IMG/VR virus record: IMGVR_UViG_3300042988_000067
Location: 399-64,398 of that record
Reading direction: 5' to 3' (one strand)
Length of the DNA: 64,000 bases
Source of the DNA: a virus
Lineage: Duplodnaviria; Caudoviricetes
Under the pieces are notes generated by a model. It was not told the DNA's origin. It ran no database searches and saw only the letters and a program-made list of their open reading frames with translations. The first letter of the stretch is position 1. Each line of letters begins with the position of its first letter. Below are positions 53,554 through 63,845 of the stretch, piece after piece. The position numbers were made by a program, and so were the translations under genes.

Positions 53554-55214
53554 TTATGAACTCTCCACTTTCCGGGGGCATACTCCTCATACGTGACGTT
53601 TTTAATCGTCTTTGTGCGCATCGGAGCGGGCTTTGGCTGAGCATTTTCAATGGTGCCTTCCGGCATTGTCATGCCGGCCTTCTCGTAGGCTTTACGAATG
53701 CCGTTGCTGGCAAGTTCACGAAGCTCTTCAAGAGCCTTCTGAAAGTCTTTCGGAGGGAGGCCGGCTTTTATGCGAGTGATGGCATTTGTTGCTTTCTGAC
53801 CTTCAGTATCCGTAATTGCTCCAGCGCTTTTAAGAGATTCAAATGCCTGCAAGAATGCCTTGTTCTTAATTTGATCAAGTATGGCATTAAACCCGGCCTG
53901 CGGTGTTCCCTCGACAACTGGCAGGTTGGCGTAGTAGCCGATAGAGTACTCTTTCCCCGGATGCGTATCGACCTGATTGATTAGATCAAGCGTTTGTGCC
54001 GCGTTCGACAGTACGTTAGGAATGCTGATTTCAGCCTTGGCTTCAGACTCACCAATAACCTTGTTCTTCTCTTTGTCTTTCTCAAGTTTTGGCGTGTTTT
54101 TTACTGGCGCGGCGGATCCAGCGCGCGGTTTGTCATAGGCTCCAGAAGCCTTGTACTTGGCATCTTGGTCAAGAAGCTGCTGAGCGCCTTTGTCACCCTG
54201 CATTGCGGCAGCAGTGTAGGCTGCCACTTCAGCCTTGGTCAGACCCCTTGGCTTTTCATTTACACCTTGGAACCCTTCTTGAGGGTAGGAGTCTGGGCCG
54301 ATCTGATCGCTCATAGGAGCTGTCGCAGACGGCTCACTGCGCAGGGCCGCAGGTGCTGCGGTAGGGGCAGCGGCAGGCGCGGCAGATGGATTCAGCTCAA
54401 ATGCCTTAGCCATCTGACTATCAATCCATTGCTGCTTCATTTCCTGAGCGACCTTTGCATCGCCATTTGCGGCCTGCATGAAGGCGTCGTCCTGCTTATT
54501 CGCCTCATCAATAATGCTCTTGTAGGCGGCCATCATGGCTGGAGTGAAGTTGTTCTTGTCGATAAGCTCACTCTTGCCGGTTTGCTTTTCCAAGCGCCAC
54601 ATTCCACCGGGGCCGACTTTCCACTCGTATGGCGACCCCATAGCGGTCTTCATCGCCCGCTCATGGTCTGCAATGCCAGCCCTGTTGTCTTTGAAGTTCT
54701 GCTGCTCCAGCTTGTACTGGTCAAGGATTCGCGCGTAATCGTCCTTGCCGGCAGCGGCCTGACCAGCGGCCAGAGAATCTCCGGCCTGATCAAGGATGGC
54801 TTGGTTCTTGTTGCGCTGATCCTGATACGCGGCTTGACCGGCAGACCATTGATTGTGGCCGCCGTACTCGGCTGGCTTCATCATGGCTGCACCCATGTTG
54901 CCGAGTGCCTGCCAGTTGAGCTGAGACTCGCGCTCAGGGGAGTAGTTAGCCTTCAGGCGCTCCATGAGCTGAGCCTGACCCTGATTCATCAGGTCTCCGG
55001 CTGGGCCAAGCTGTGCTTGCAGCGCCTCCATGCGAGCCTTGGCTTCGTTCATTCCGGTGTGGAACATGTTGAACACGTCAACATTCCCAGCGGACTGCCG
55101 GATCTGCGCGGCAGCCTCCAGTGTGGAGTTTCCGGAAATTGGATTAGCCGCCGCAAGGGGCGAGCTGATTGGGGTCTCAGAAGCCCCCGGAACAAACGGA
55201 GCCAGTCCAGCCAT
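53550..55214 (-). CDS. Internal virion/DNA ejection protein (putative)
   Basis: Ala/Gln-rich helical; AFLQAFESLKSAGAITDTEGQKA motif; likely start MAGLAP. Confidence 0.55.
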   Translation of the reverse strand: MAGLAPFVPGASETPISSPLAAANPISGNSTLEAAAQIRQSAGNVDVFNMFHTGMNEAKARMEALQAQLGPAGDLMNQGQAQLMERLKANYSPERESQLNWQALGNMGAAMMKPAEYGGHNQWSAGQAAYQDQRNKNQAILDQAGDSLAAGQAAAGKDDYARILDQYKLEQQNFKDNRAGIADHERAMKTAMGSPYEWKVGPGGMWRLEKQTGKSELIDKNNFTPAMMAAYKSIIDEANKQDDAFMQAANGDAKVAQEMKQQWIDSQMAKAFELNPSAAPAAAPTAAPAALRSEPSATAPMSDQIGPDSYPQEGFQGVNEKPRGLTKAEVAAYTAAAMQGDKGAQQLLDQDAKYKASGAYDKPRAGSAAPVKNTPKLEKDKEKNKVIGESEAKAEISIPNVLSNAAQTLDLINQVDTHPGKEYSIGYYANLPVVEGTPQAGFNAILDQIKNKAFLQAFESLKSAGAITDTEGQKATNAITRIKAGLPPKDFQKALEELRELASNGIRKAYEKAGMTMPEGTIENAQPKPAPMRTKTIKNVTYEEYAPGKWRVHK

Positions 55215-56161
55215 TACTTCCTCCCCTTCCGCTTCATTGACGCCAGTCCGCCGCATCTATATCCAGTCGGCTTTGTCTGTGGCTGCGTTGCAGCAACACC
55301 AGACAGCACGCCACCGGCCAAGCTCGCCAGCGGAGACTGGCCTTGGATCGGTTGGAATGTGGATGTAATGTTGGCTTGCTGGGTAGGCGGAGCCTGATAG
55401 CCACGGATGATCGATGCCAGCCATGCGGACTGATCCTTGTTCCAGTTCTGCTGGTTCTGGAAGTCCTGATAGGCGACATCGTAGTTTGCCTGCGTCTGCT
55501 GCTGCTGTTCGCGCCCGATAGTATCGAGGGCTGATGCATCCTTGAGCATTGCGGCCTGTTGCTGGCCAGCCAAGTTACCCATTGCTACGCCAGATTGGAT
55601 CTCTTTATTGCCCCAGTCAGCGTACACCTTCTGGCCGCTATCCCATGCCGCTTGGCCGGCAGTTGCGAGCTGGCCTGTCATGGTGTCTTGCTGGTCGCGG
55701 ATCGCGCGGTTCGTAAACTCTTGGTTACGGCTTGAGCCAAACTGGCCGCCACCAGTGAACGTGTTGTTCACCTGCGGAAGGATCTTTTCGGTCAGGTTTT
55801 GGTTTGAACGGCGAGCAATGTCATCGTACACAGACGACATGTACGGGTTCATGAAATTGTTCTGGAAGTAGTCTTTGTTGTACTCACCGCCCTGAGTCAG
55901 GTTGCTTGCGGCTTGGTTCATCGTAGGCTGCCAGCCTCCAACGCCATTACGAACCGTGCTGAATCCTTGGTTGATGTCAGCATTGAAGCCAGCCACACGC
56001 GGGCTTGAGTATTGGGTGTATGGGGTTCCTGCAAGGCTGGATGCCTTGTTAATGGAACCGCGAAGGTACTCTTGGTACCAAGTTGGAAGCGAAGCCTGAT
56101 CGGTCAGCGTTGTGGCCGATGCGGTAGCGGGAGTGCTACCACCCCAGATAAAGTCAGCCAT
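55214..56161 (-). CDS. Internal virion/DNA transfer protein (putative)
   Basis: FMNPY...GGQFGSSR...Gln-rich, typical of podovirus ejection proteins. Confidence 0.6.
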   Translation of the reverse strand: MADFIWGGSTPATASATTLTDQASLPTWYQEYLRGSINKASSLAGTPYTQYSSPRVAGFNADINQGFSTVRNGVGGWQPTMNQAASNLTQGGEYNKDYFQNNFMNPYMSSVYDDIARRSNQNLTEKILPQVNNTFTGGGQFGSSRNQEFTNRAIRDQQDTMTGQLATAGQAAWDSGQKVYADWGNKEIQSGVAMGNLAGQQQAAMLKDASALDTIGREQQQQTQANYDVAYQDFQNQQNWNKDQSAWLASIIRGYQAPPTQQANITSTFQPIQGQSPLASLAGGVLSGVAATQPQTKPTGYRCGGLASMKRKGRK

Positions 56162-57399
56162 TATTTCTTACCTTTCTTCGGCAGATACTTGGCCGCAGGT
56201 TTTGCCTTCGGCGGAATCTTGTTGATCGGCGCGCTGCGCTTGTGCTTGCGAACTTCCATCCGCATTTGATCCAAAGCTGATGCGCCGGCCTTGGTGTTGC
56301 CATCACCCAGAGCCGCTACGGTATCTGCGTCGAACACATACTCGCCATCAGAGAGCATGGCTGGGATCTTGTCTGACTGGCCGCTTGTGTCGCCGCCAAG
56401 GGCGTACCCTTGATGGCTTGATGCTCCTCCACAAGCGCACTGCGCCAGACCGCCGCGAGCCTTCCCGTTGATCTCTTCATCGACTCGTTGCTGGCGAGTC
56501 TTTGTGGCCATCCCAACAGCGCCATTCTTGCCGAAACCAGCAAGCCTGTCACGCGCGGAGATGGACTCTTCAGGGAAGTCTTCTTTGTGAATGCCCTTTC
56601 CGGCATTCAGCATGTAACCGACCCAGCCAAGATCCGGGAGTCGAGACAGCGCATGCGGATAGTATGGCTCAGGCTCTCCGCCTTCAGCCATGCCTCCTTC
56701 TGCCAGTTGAATGCGACCAGTGTTTGGAGAGTATTGCGCGAGAGGGTCAGCGACCATTTGCTGATACGGGGCACCAGTCTCTCCATAGCGTGCTGCCTGT
56801 TCAGCAGTTAGCGGTTTGTACTGGTATGTCTGAGCCTGCGCGATTGGGTCAACAGAGTCGGACCAAGAGTGCGCAATCTGGGAGGTCTTGAGCTGAGCTT
56901 CCTGCATCTTGCGACGCATGGAAGCTTCCTGCTCCATGATCTTCGCCGCTTTCTTGTTGTTCTTGTTGGTCTGCTTGGAAGCCATGAAGCTGCCGAGACC
57001 GTTAAGAACACCCATGCCAAGACCGACTTGCTTGTCAAAAGGCATGTCACCAAACTTGCCAAGCAGCGAACCCCACATAGATGGATCCTGCTGTTGCGCA
57101 ACATCTCCGTAAACTCCGGGGGTTATGTCGCCCATAATGCCGGCTGAGCTGTATTGGCCGCCTTGCATTGGAACCGACCCGCTAGATCCGCCATAAGCAA
57201 GATCGTACATTGATGGTCCGGCCCAGTCGTAGCTTGATCCGTCACCCCACACGCTTGTACCTGCTCCGGGAGTTGCGTACTGGGTGTCTAGGGATTGTGA
57301 CCAGTTGGTATAGTCTGGGTAGTCAATGCCGGGGGTGTTGTAGTCCCCCATGTAGTTGTAATTGCCACCACTGGTAAAGAAATCATTAAATTCAGACAT
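56161..57399 (-). CDS. Internal virion protein with GG motifs and SDKIPAMLSDGEYV domain
   Basis: LAEGG, MAEGG, KARGG and YALGG motifs; GQSDKIPAMLSDGEYVFDADTVAALGDG. Confidence 0.55.
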   Translation of the reverse strand: MSEFNDFFTSGGNYNYMGDYNTPGIDYPDYTNWSQSLDTQYATPGAGTSVWGDGSSYDWAGPSMYDLAYGGSSGSVPMQGGQYSSAGIMGDITPGVYGDVAQQQDPSMWGSLLGKFGDMPFDKQVGLGMGVLNGLGSFMASKQTNKNNKKAAKIMEQEASMRRKMQEAQLKTSQIAHSWSDSVDPIAQAQTYQYKPLTAEQAARYGETGAPYQQMVADPLAQYSPNTGRIQLAEGGMAEGGEPEPYYPHALSRLPDLGWVGYMLNAGKGIHKEDFPEESISARDRLAGFGKNGAVGMATKTRQQRVDEEINGKARGGLAQCACGGASSHQGYALGGDTSGQSDKIPAMLSDGEYVFDADTVAALGDGNTKAGASALDQMRMEVRKHKRSAPINKIPPKAKPAAKYLPKKGKK

Positions 57400-57465
57400 T
57401 ATCGTTCTCCAGTACTATCATCAACGACTCTGCCTGCTCCTTACAGCGGACAGAGTTATTATATA

Positions 57466-57828
57466 TCATAAAAGGATCCAGCCGCCAGAAACGGCCTTCA
57501 AATGTGCAGTCGTGTAGTTGGTCGTGAGCGCATAACTTGCGCCACCGGCAACCGTGTCAGGGGAGGTCGGGCTGATCGTCACCGTACCGCCTGCGTAGTC
57601 CTTGTTCACGTAGATTTCCCTGCCCCTTGATGCCCTCGGCAGGGTGATCGTCATCGTGGCCTTCACCCGCAAAATGTCGTCATACGTTTTCACTGAATAC
57701 GGGCCGGACGTGACGGTGGTTACCTTCTTGCTCTGGTTCAACCACCCAAGGTCGTTATGACTCGGCTGCTTCTGCGAGCCTTCGTCAAAGACGATATCAA
57801 CATCACTCACGGCGATCACCGATGTCAA
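57466..57828 (-). CDS. Small tail structural protein
   Basis: MTITLP..S.GR beta module also seen in 5071..6354. Confidence 0.45.
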   Translation of the reverse strand: MTSVIAVSDVDIVFDEGSQKQPSHNDLGWLNQSKKVTTVTSGPYSVKTYDDILRVKATMTITLPRASRGREIYVNKDYAGGTVTISPTSPDTVAGGASYALTTNYTTAHLKAVSGGWILL

Positions 57829-59512
57829 AGTGCATGATCACAACGCCGCCCCAGTAGTTTCCGCCCTGAACGTTGGAACCGAACCGAAACTCCAGCATGC
57901 GCCCCTGATGCCGCATGTCGATGCGCACGTCGCTCGGACCCCATGTGTAGGTACCCAAGGTGACCACGGGGCTGTTTGCGTACTCACGGGAAAACACTTG
58001 GCAGTACATCTCCCCAGATTGGATAAAGTCCGGCTCGATCCGCTCAATTCTTGTCCAATTGTTTTGCCCTTGTGGTTGCTCACCGATTGCTCCACCAGTT
58101 GGGAATCCGATATTGTGGGTGTCGAAGTAACTGTTGATTGCGGTTACGGCGTCACCGTCGATCTTGTCCCACCCGAATTCGTGCTGCCAAAGGTTGCCTG
58201 AAGAGTCGCCCCAGACTGGGTAGGGGAAGGTCTGCACGTAATATCCGGCTGATCGATCAACGTCAACTGGGGTGTCATGCCAGCAGTTTTCACGGATGTT
58301 GTAGATCAACGCCCAGTTACATTCCGTGCTGGTGCCCTTCGGGAAGAACCACCAGATCTCGCCATACTTGGAGAGCTTGGTGCCCCAAACCTTGCGGATC
58401 TCGTTCTTGTTTACGTTGTCGTAGAACCACTGATTGTTGAAGGCGTTTGGAATCTCCTGCACGGCCCCGCTGTAGCCCAAGGCGCGATCCAAACCGAGCC
58501 AGAAATACCTACCGTCATACTCGACCACGGAGTGGCTGGAGAGCAGGCTGGACTGGGCTGAAAGGATGTCGTATTGGAACAGCAGGGTGCCACCCACGAA
58601 CGATACCTTCACCACTGAGTCCTCGGTGAAGAAGATGCCCGCCGGAGACTGGCCACCACCACGGATAGGCATGCCACGCAGAACCTTGGATCCGACCGGA
58701 TTCGCCATGTTGGCGTCGCCAGTTCTGGCCAGAGTCGGGTTGTTAATGTCGGTGTTTGCGATCAGGCCGTTCTTGCCGTAGTAGAACAAGTACGGGCCGA
58801 TTGTGACGATGCCACCATCGGTTCCAAGGATCGGCTGAACCACTGCGCCGGCAACCGTTGTCGATGCCTCTTCGCGCAGGGTTAAAGTGAGGCCGGCAAT
58901 GTTGGTGATGTCAGTCCAGAGGTCAACTCCTGCCAGCCCCGCTCCAGCCACCCTGATGAGCATGCCGATGGAGTATCCGGTAGCGCTGGCTACAACCAGT
59001 GAGTTGGTCCCCGCCGTGATACCCCCCGTCGTCGCTGGGGTAGAAGTATCAGTAAGAACAATAGGGGTAAGCTGACTAGTAGAATCAATAGTACCGTAGA
59101 AAATCGGAGTAGGCGCTCCATCATCACGCGCAGCATGAGCATAAATCCTTGTCTGGCCGCTACCAGTCATGTCGTAGGCGGTATCCACCGTCCACGTATA
59201 GTTGTCGTATGCCTGAAAGCCAGCTGGCGTTCTGTCATACACGGCGGAACCATTACCGTTGTTATCGACCAGCACCGCCTCTATTGTTGAAGTAGAAAAG
59301 CAGTGAATGAGGTTCTCTGTTGTCTTGTTGAAGGTGTGAACTTCGCGGATAGGCGCGGTAAACTGCGCCATGTTCCGGTATCCTCCCATCTTGCGAGGGC
59401 GGCCAAGCACGAACCTGCACCACACCGCCTCTGAGTAGTAGTGGGCGTCAAACGGAGTACCATCCCGCTTAACGCCAGTCTTGGTGTCGAGTTCTGTCGT
59501 CTGGTTAGACAC
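57803..59512 (-). CDS. Tail nozzle / packaged-DNA stabilisation protein
   Basis: 569 aa; GRPRKMGG, FWLG..R...YSGAV, YGEIWWFFP, LIYNIRENCW; beta-propeller-like. Confidence 0.7.
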   Translation of the reverse strand: MSNQTTELDTKTGVKRDGTPFDAHYYSEAVWCRFVLGRPRKMGGYRNMAQFTAPIREVHTFNKTTENLIHCFSTSTIEAVLVDNNGNGSAVYDRTPAGFQAYDNYTWTVDTAYDMTGSGQTRIYAHAARDDGAPTPIFYGTIDSTSQLTPIVLTDTSTPATTGGITAGTNSLVVASATGYSIGMLIRVAGAGLAGVDLWTDITNIAGLTLTLREEASTTVAGAVVQPILGTDGGIVTIGPYLFYYGKNGLIANTDINNPTLARTGDANMANPVGSKVLRGMPIRGGGQSPAGIFFTEDSVVKVSFVGGTLLFQYDILSAQSSLLSSHSVVEYDGRYFWLGLDRALGYSGAVQEIPNAFNNQWFYDNVNKNEIRKVWGTKLSKYGEIWWFFPKGTSTECNWALIYNIRENCWHDTPVDVDRSAGYYVQTFPYPVWGDSSGNLWQHEFGWDKIDGDAVTAINSYFDTHNIGFPTGGAIGEQPQGQNNWTRIERIEPDFIQSGEMYCQVFSREYANSPVVTLGTYTWGPSDVRIDMRHQGRMLEFRFGSNVQGGNYWGGVVIMHFDIGDRRE

Positions 59513-61511
59513 GACGTTGAGCCTTCATCTTGGCGAGAGCCGACTTCTGAGCTTGTTTCATCTTGGCTTGGTTATTCAAGTAACCGGCACCCATATTGAT
59601 GCCTGAAGTTGTCATCGAAGCAAGTTTCGGGTCCATTCCGGCACCAGTCAATCCGGAGCTTATGAACGGCGACAGACCGCCAGTCAGCGCGCCGAATCCA
59701 GCATTACCGGATGCCGCTCCGCCCAGCGCGCCAAGACCACCACCGACAAGAGCGCTACCGATTGTGTCACCCATTCCAGACAGTGCTGAGGTGGTGGAAA
59801 CTGCACCATTAATAGAGCTTCCGATGCTGCTTGCCAAGGTGTTTCCGAGGCCGCTGGCGCCGACAATGCTTGCAAGACCGCCAAGAGGATTGCCGTTAGC
59901 AAAAGAGCTTACCGCACTGGCAATCTTCAGCGGGAGTGCAATAGCATTGAGTCCGGGGACAAAGCTTGCAATGGCTGAAAGTGGTCCAAGCATCTTTCCA
60001 ATTCCACCCAAGAACCCGCCTTTACCCTTCTTTTTCTTTTTGCCGATCTGAATGGCAGACTGAATAGCTGCGTTGCGCTGGGCGTCTGTGTAGTCGTTCA
60101 GGGCGCCCTTGCTGTGCAGCATCATGTTGTCGGAGATATCCGACATGTTCAGGGTTGCACTGTCCTTCCAGTAGTTTGGCTTGCGACCTTTCAGCTTGCC
60201 GGGGGTAACACCAGAAATTTTAGCAAGATCGAACGGGCCGCCCTTTTCTGGAGTGTTGTCCAGCAGATCAGTATGGTGCGCCATGTCGGCCTTGGCCTTG
60301 GCAACTTCCGCAGGGGACAATTGCCACCATTCCTTGCCGGAGGTAATGTAGTCAGTCCAGTCTTGATGCGCGTATGGGTCGTGATGCGCAATGTCAGAGA
60401 ATCCCTTGTTCTTCTGCTCGTACTGACTGTTGAAGATGCTGCCGTCACCGCCATACCCAGCGCGAACTTGTTTCGGGTCATGGAGAGCGAAGTATTCAGC
60501 GGGCAGGTAGTAGGGGTTATCCGCACCACCAGCCTTTGCGTTGAGGTTTTTAAAGAAGTTGTCACCGTAGCCAGAGTACTGGCGGATACCAGACAGCAAT
60601 CCTTTGTCGTAGAACGGGGATGCCTTCAGGTCTTGCCAGCTTGCACCAACAGGCTCATGGATTGCTCGATTGGCGCGATCATACTTACCGTACAGTGCCT
60701 GCAAGTCCTGTACCGTCATTCCTTGTTGCGCAGCTACCTCGGCGTACATCTTGTCGCGGGCTGCGTTGTCGGCGATACGGCTGACTGGCGCCCATCCGTA
60801 GGTGTCGCCTGCGACAATCGGGGAGGGTTCGGCCTTCTTATTTCTCCCGTTGTAGAGATTACCTATCGATCCAAGCGCGCCGAATCCAATGTGCTGGTAC
60901 GGATTGCTTTCCACAACCTTTGGCGTAAGCACACCCATCGCCTTGGCATTTAGGGCATCAATGGCTGCATCCAGCTTTGCATCTTTGAAGTTGATGCGGT
61001 TGGTGGTGCTGTTGTACCCGCTGTTCAATGCGGCAGCGTTGGCCTTCGTGTCACGGGCGCCGCCCATGTTCATCCAGTGGCCCAATATGTTGGTGCCGCT
61101 GTTCTGGGGTGCCTTGGGGTTACCGAAGGCGTCTAGGGCACCATTGTTGGCCCAGCTTGAAATGTTGTTTTGGTTTCCGCCATTCATACCCATGATGGCG
61201 TTTTGCACCCACGGATATTGGTTTTGCGGTGGCTTCTTCTTGTCTTGGTAGGCTTGCGACAGGTTGGATTTCCACCAGTTCGGGTCGCTGACAGATGGAT
61301 CGACATTAAACTCGCCCCAACCGATCAGGTATGGGTTCTGGCGGAGGTCGTATTGTTTCCAGTCGTCGCTGATGCCGGAATTGTATGCGGCGGTTGGATC
61401 CTGTTGCGTGGCCTGAATCCCCTGATCTGGGATAGCCTGCGTCAGTTGCGTTTGATCTGGGATTCCCTGCATTCCTGCGCCGGAAGCGCCAGTAAGTCCG
61501 ATGCCTGCCAT
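59505..61511 (-). CDS. Putative internal virion protein
   Basis: 668 aa; KKKKGKGGFLGG followed by a long Gly/Ala/Leu-rich hydrophobic C-terminus. Confidence 0.45.
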   Translation of the reverse strand: MAGIGLTGASGAGMQGIPDQTQLTQAIPDQGIQATQQDPTAAYNSGISDDWKQYDLRQNPYLIGWGEFNVDPSVSDPNWWKSNLSQAYQDKKKPPQNQYPWVQNAIMGMNGGNQNNISSWANNGALDAFGNPKAPQNSGTNILGHWMNMGGARDTKANAAALNSGYNSTTNRINFKDAKLDAAIDALNAKAMGVLTPKVVESNPYQHIGFGALGSIGNLYNGRNKKAEPSPIVAGDTYGWAPVSRIADNAARDKMYAEVAAQQGMTVQDLQALYGKYDRANRAIHEPVGASWQDLKASPFYDKGLLSGIRQYSGYGDNFFKNLNAKAGGADNPYYLPAEYFALHDPKQVRAGYGGDGSIFNSQYEQKNKGFSDIAHHDPYAHQDWTDYITSGKEWWQLSPAEVAKAKADMAHHTDLLDNTPEKGGPFDLAKISGVTPGKLKGRKPNYWKDSATLNMSDISDNMMLHSKGALNDYTDAQRNAAIQSAIQIGKKKKKGKGGFLGGIGKMLGPLSAIASFVPGLNAIALPLKIASAVSSFANGNPLGGLASIVGASGLGNTLASSIGSSINGAVSTTSALSGMGDTIGSALVGGGLGALGGAASGNAGFGALTGGLSPFISSGLTGAGMDPKLASMTTSGINMGAGYLNNQAKMKQAQKSALAKMKAQRRV

Positions 61512-61512
61512 A

Positions 61513-61914
61513 TTAAACCTCGCCTAAGTAACGACATTCTTCTTTGAGCATCCCCATGATGAGTAGGTCTTCGTAATCTTCACCCATACGCAGAGTGCCT
61601 TCGACCTTAAACCCAAGATGCTCATTTAACTTGATTGCCTTTTCGTTACTTACCGGAACGAGGCCAGTTACACGCACCACACCCAGTTTATTAAACGCAA
61701 ACCGGAAACACGTATTTACAAACTCTTTCTTAGCCCAAAGGCCGTTACCAGCTACGTGCATTTGAACATTGGTCCCAGTGAACCAATTGAACACGCAGCC
61801 AGCCTTTATTTTATCATCAACCACATAGCCGATGCTGTAAGAATCAGCGGGTGTATCCTCTTCAAGTTGGTCTGCAACGTATTGGGTGATTGTCGGGTGG
61901 TTAAGGACAATCAT
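61513..61914 (-). CDS. GNAT (RimJ/RimL-like) acetyltransferase of the tail module
   Basis: FAFNKLGVVRVTGLV..SNEKAIKLNEHLGFKVEG.LR. Confidence 0.8.
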   Translation of the reverse strand: MIVLNHPTITQYVADQLEEDTPADSYSIGYVVDDKIKAGCVFNWFTGTNVQMHVAGNGLWAKKEFVNTCFRFAFNKLGVVRVTGLVPVSNEKAIKLNEHLGFKVEGTLRMGEDYEDLLIMGMLKEECRYLGEV

Positions 61915-62444
61915 TTCTTGCGCAGTCCCAAGACCCTGCCAGCATACATAGCCCTGTCCGGATCGGGGGCGGATCTATGCGTCTTCCAGCCCACGTTCAG
62001 TGAGTTATAGTAGCCAAAAACGAGCGGCACATCCTTCTTGATCTGGAACCAAGTCTGGGTCTTCGTATCCCGACCGAAGACATGGTATGCAAAGCCATAC
62101 GCCGTGTTCCGATAGACCCAAAGCAGACGGTAAAAATACCTTATAAACCAAGAACTTGCGTACTTTTCACGGGTGCAGTTTCTGATGAACGGAAAGATGC
62201 TGTACCGTGAAAAATCCCCAAAAAAGTACTCGTCGCAAGCATTATCGTGACTGTGCCAAAGACTGAACGGTCCCCACAGATACTCACGGTCAAAGGTCAG
62301 CTCTTCGTTACCATAAATCTTCACCCGATCAGTGCGGATCCGCTTCACCACAAAAATACACGCCAGCGGGGCCGTCAGCTTGCAGAAGATGCTGACTGCC
62401 AGTTGAAGCGGGAAGTAGATCAGCCAGAGTAGGTAGGGGTTCAT
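61911..62444 (-). CDS. Hypothetical membrane-associated phage protein
   Basis: 177 aa; hydrophobic N-terminus; W.SHDN, WVYRN.AYGF and NVGWK motifs. Confidence 0.55.
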   Translation of the reverse strand: MNPYLLWLIYFPLQLAVSIFCKLTAPLACIFVVKRIRTDRVKIYGNEELTFDREYLWGPFSLWHSHDNACDEYFFGDFSRYSIFPFIRNCTREKYASSWFIRYFYRLLWVYRNTAYGFAYHVFGRDTKTQTWFQIKKDVPLVFGYYNSLNVGWKTHRSAPDPDRAMYAGRVLGLRKK

Positions 62445-62821
62445 AGACTTGCCGCCAGTGTGAACAGGTTGTCCAGATCGGTTTCGGTCAAGTTGAGTGC
62501 CGTTGCCATGTTGGTAACCAGAGCATCATCCCGCTTCACTTCGGTGGCGTACTCCCATGTGATCTTGTCTGCTTCTGCGCCTGCGGCGATAGCGGCGTTG
62601 ACCGTGGTGAGAAGTCCACCTTGGTGTAGTGCCAGACGTGCTTGACGCATGGTTACTGTGGTGGGGATTGGTGCGGGTGGTTCGATGTATGGGTCAGGCG
62701 TGTTGCCTTCTGCAAGCCAGACCTTGTATTGCTCGTAGTCAGCGTTGCCGTCAGCGAAAGGGATTACAAGTCCGTCATCACGCTGAACGGAGTTGCCGAG
62801 GTGTGTCAGTGTGTATGCCAT
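62441..62821 (-). CDS. Tail fibre assembly/chaperone-like protein (copy B, ends ...LAASL)
   Basis: Same protein as copy A except for the last residues. Confidence 0.55.
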   Translation of the reverse strand: MAYTLTHLGNSVQRDDGLVIPFADGNADYEQYKVWLAEGNTPDPYIEPPAPIPTTVTMRQARLALHQGGLLTTVNAAIAAGAEADKITWEYATEVKRDDALVTNMATALNLTETDLDNLFTLAASL

Positions 62822-62822
62822 G

Positions 62823-63842
62823 CTATAACTCCGCAGAGAACGTAAATGGAGAACCACCAGAACAGTAGGTTTGGTATTGACCTGCGGCAGTTACTTGAAG
62901 CGTCATATCGCACGAATCTGCCGATCTGGTATTCAACGATTCAGTTGCCGCCGTTACGTTTGATCTCGTCCATGTAACTCCCGCCAAAGACATACTAGGA
63001 GCAATCCGCATGGTTACTGGGAACTTGATTTGTCCGTAATATACAGCCCCTGCCGCTACCCTGTACCCATAGGCATTTATTGCTGTGGTTGTCGGGTCAA
63101 TCTGCCAGTAGTACCTCTGACACAGCGCCAGTTCAGTTCCATACGGACGCTGTTCAAACTCGGTTGCGGTGGAGCCGATTTCTAGTTGGAACTCGCTAAC
63201 CAGATACGATTTTGATGCTACCGAGTTTGCTGTATCGTCATAGATTGTAACGGCTAGTCCGAGAGATGCTTCAGCCGCGCCAAGTGTGTATGTTGTGGAA
63301 ATAGTTGTGCAAGTGTTGTTGGCGACAGGAAGCGCACTTGACGTGTGGATAGATGTTGTTGCCGTGAACGTGTCAATCGTAGACGTTGGCTTGAGCAACT
63401 GTATTTTGAAGTTACGGGAACCTCCCGTGTTCTGGTACACCTTGCAACTAACCGTTATTGTTTTGCCATTCAGGTCGATTACGTTTGCTGACTCGAGCCT
63501 TGTTTGCGCGAGGAACTGCCCAGTTGTCCAAGTACCGTCTGGTGTTCCTATCGCCGTGTTACTCGTAAATCCGATGGCTTGCGCTGTAGTCGTGCCGTTG
63601 AGCGTTCCAGATACCGTAGTGCCGCCAGAAATGTATACGATCCACCTATCAGCAGAACCGTAAATATTATTGGTTGCGGTCAGGGCGACACCAGTTCCGC
63701 GCTGTCTTACAATCCCAGAACCATTGATAATCCGATTCCTAAACCCCGCGAGTTGACCGCCATTCAGGCTGGAAGCCGTATACGCATTCGCCGTGGTAAA
63801 CACATCATCGGCCAACATTGCATTTTGAATTTTAGTGGTCAT
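62823..63842 (-). CDS. Tail fibre/receptor-binding-like protein (copy B)
   Basis: Translation identical to 2805..3824. Confidence 0.7.
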   Translation of the reverse strand: MTTKIQNAMLADDVFTTANAYTASSLNGGQLAGFRNRIINGSGIVRQRGTGVALTATNNIYGSADRWIVYISGGTTVSGTLNGTTTAQAIGFTSNTAIGTPDGTWTTGQFLAQTRLESANVIDLNGKTITVSCKVYQNTGGSRNFKIQLLKPTSTIDTFTATTSIHTSSALPVANNTCTTISTTYTLGAAEASLGLAVTIYDDTANSVASKSYLVSEFQLEIGSTATEFEQRPYGTELALCQRYYWQIDPTTTAINAYGYRVAAGAVYYGQIKFPVTMRIAPSMSLAGVTWTRSNVTAATESLNTRSADSCDMTLQVTAAGQYQTYCSGGSPFTFSAEL

Positions 63843-63845
63843 ACA

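Noticed and set aside
53994-55397. Long plus-strand ORFs opposite the late genes (467 aa here; also 13228-14190, 22024-22941, 60114-60953)
   Set aside because: Antisense shadows of real minus-strand genes, with no RBS or recognisable motifs
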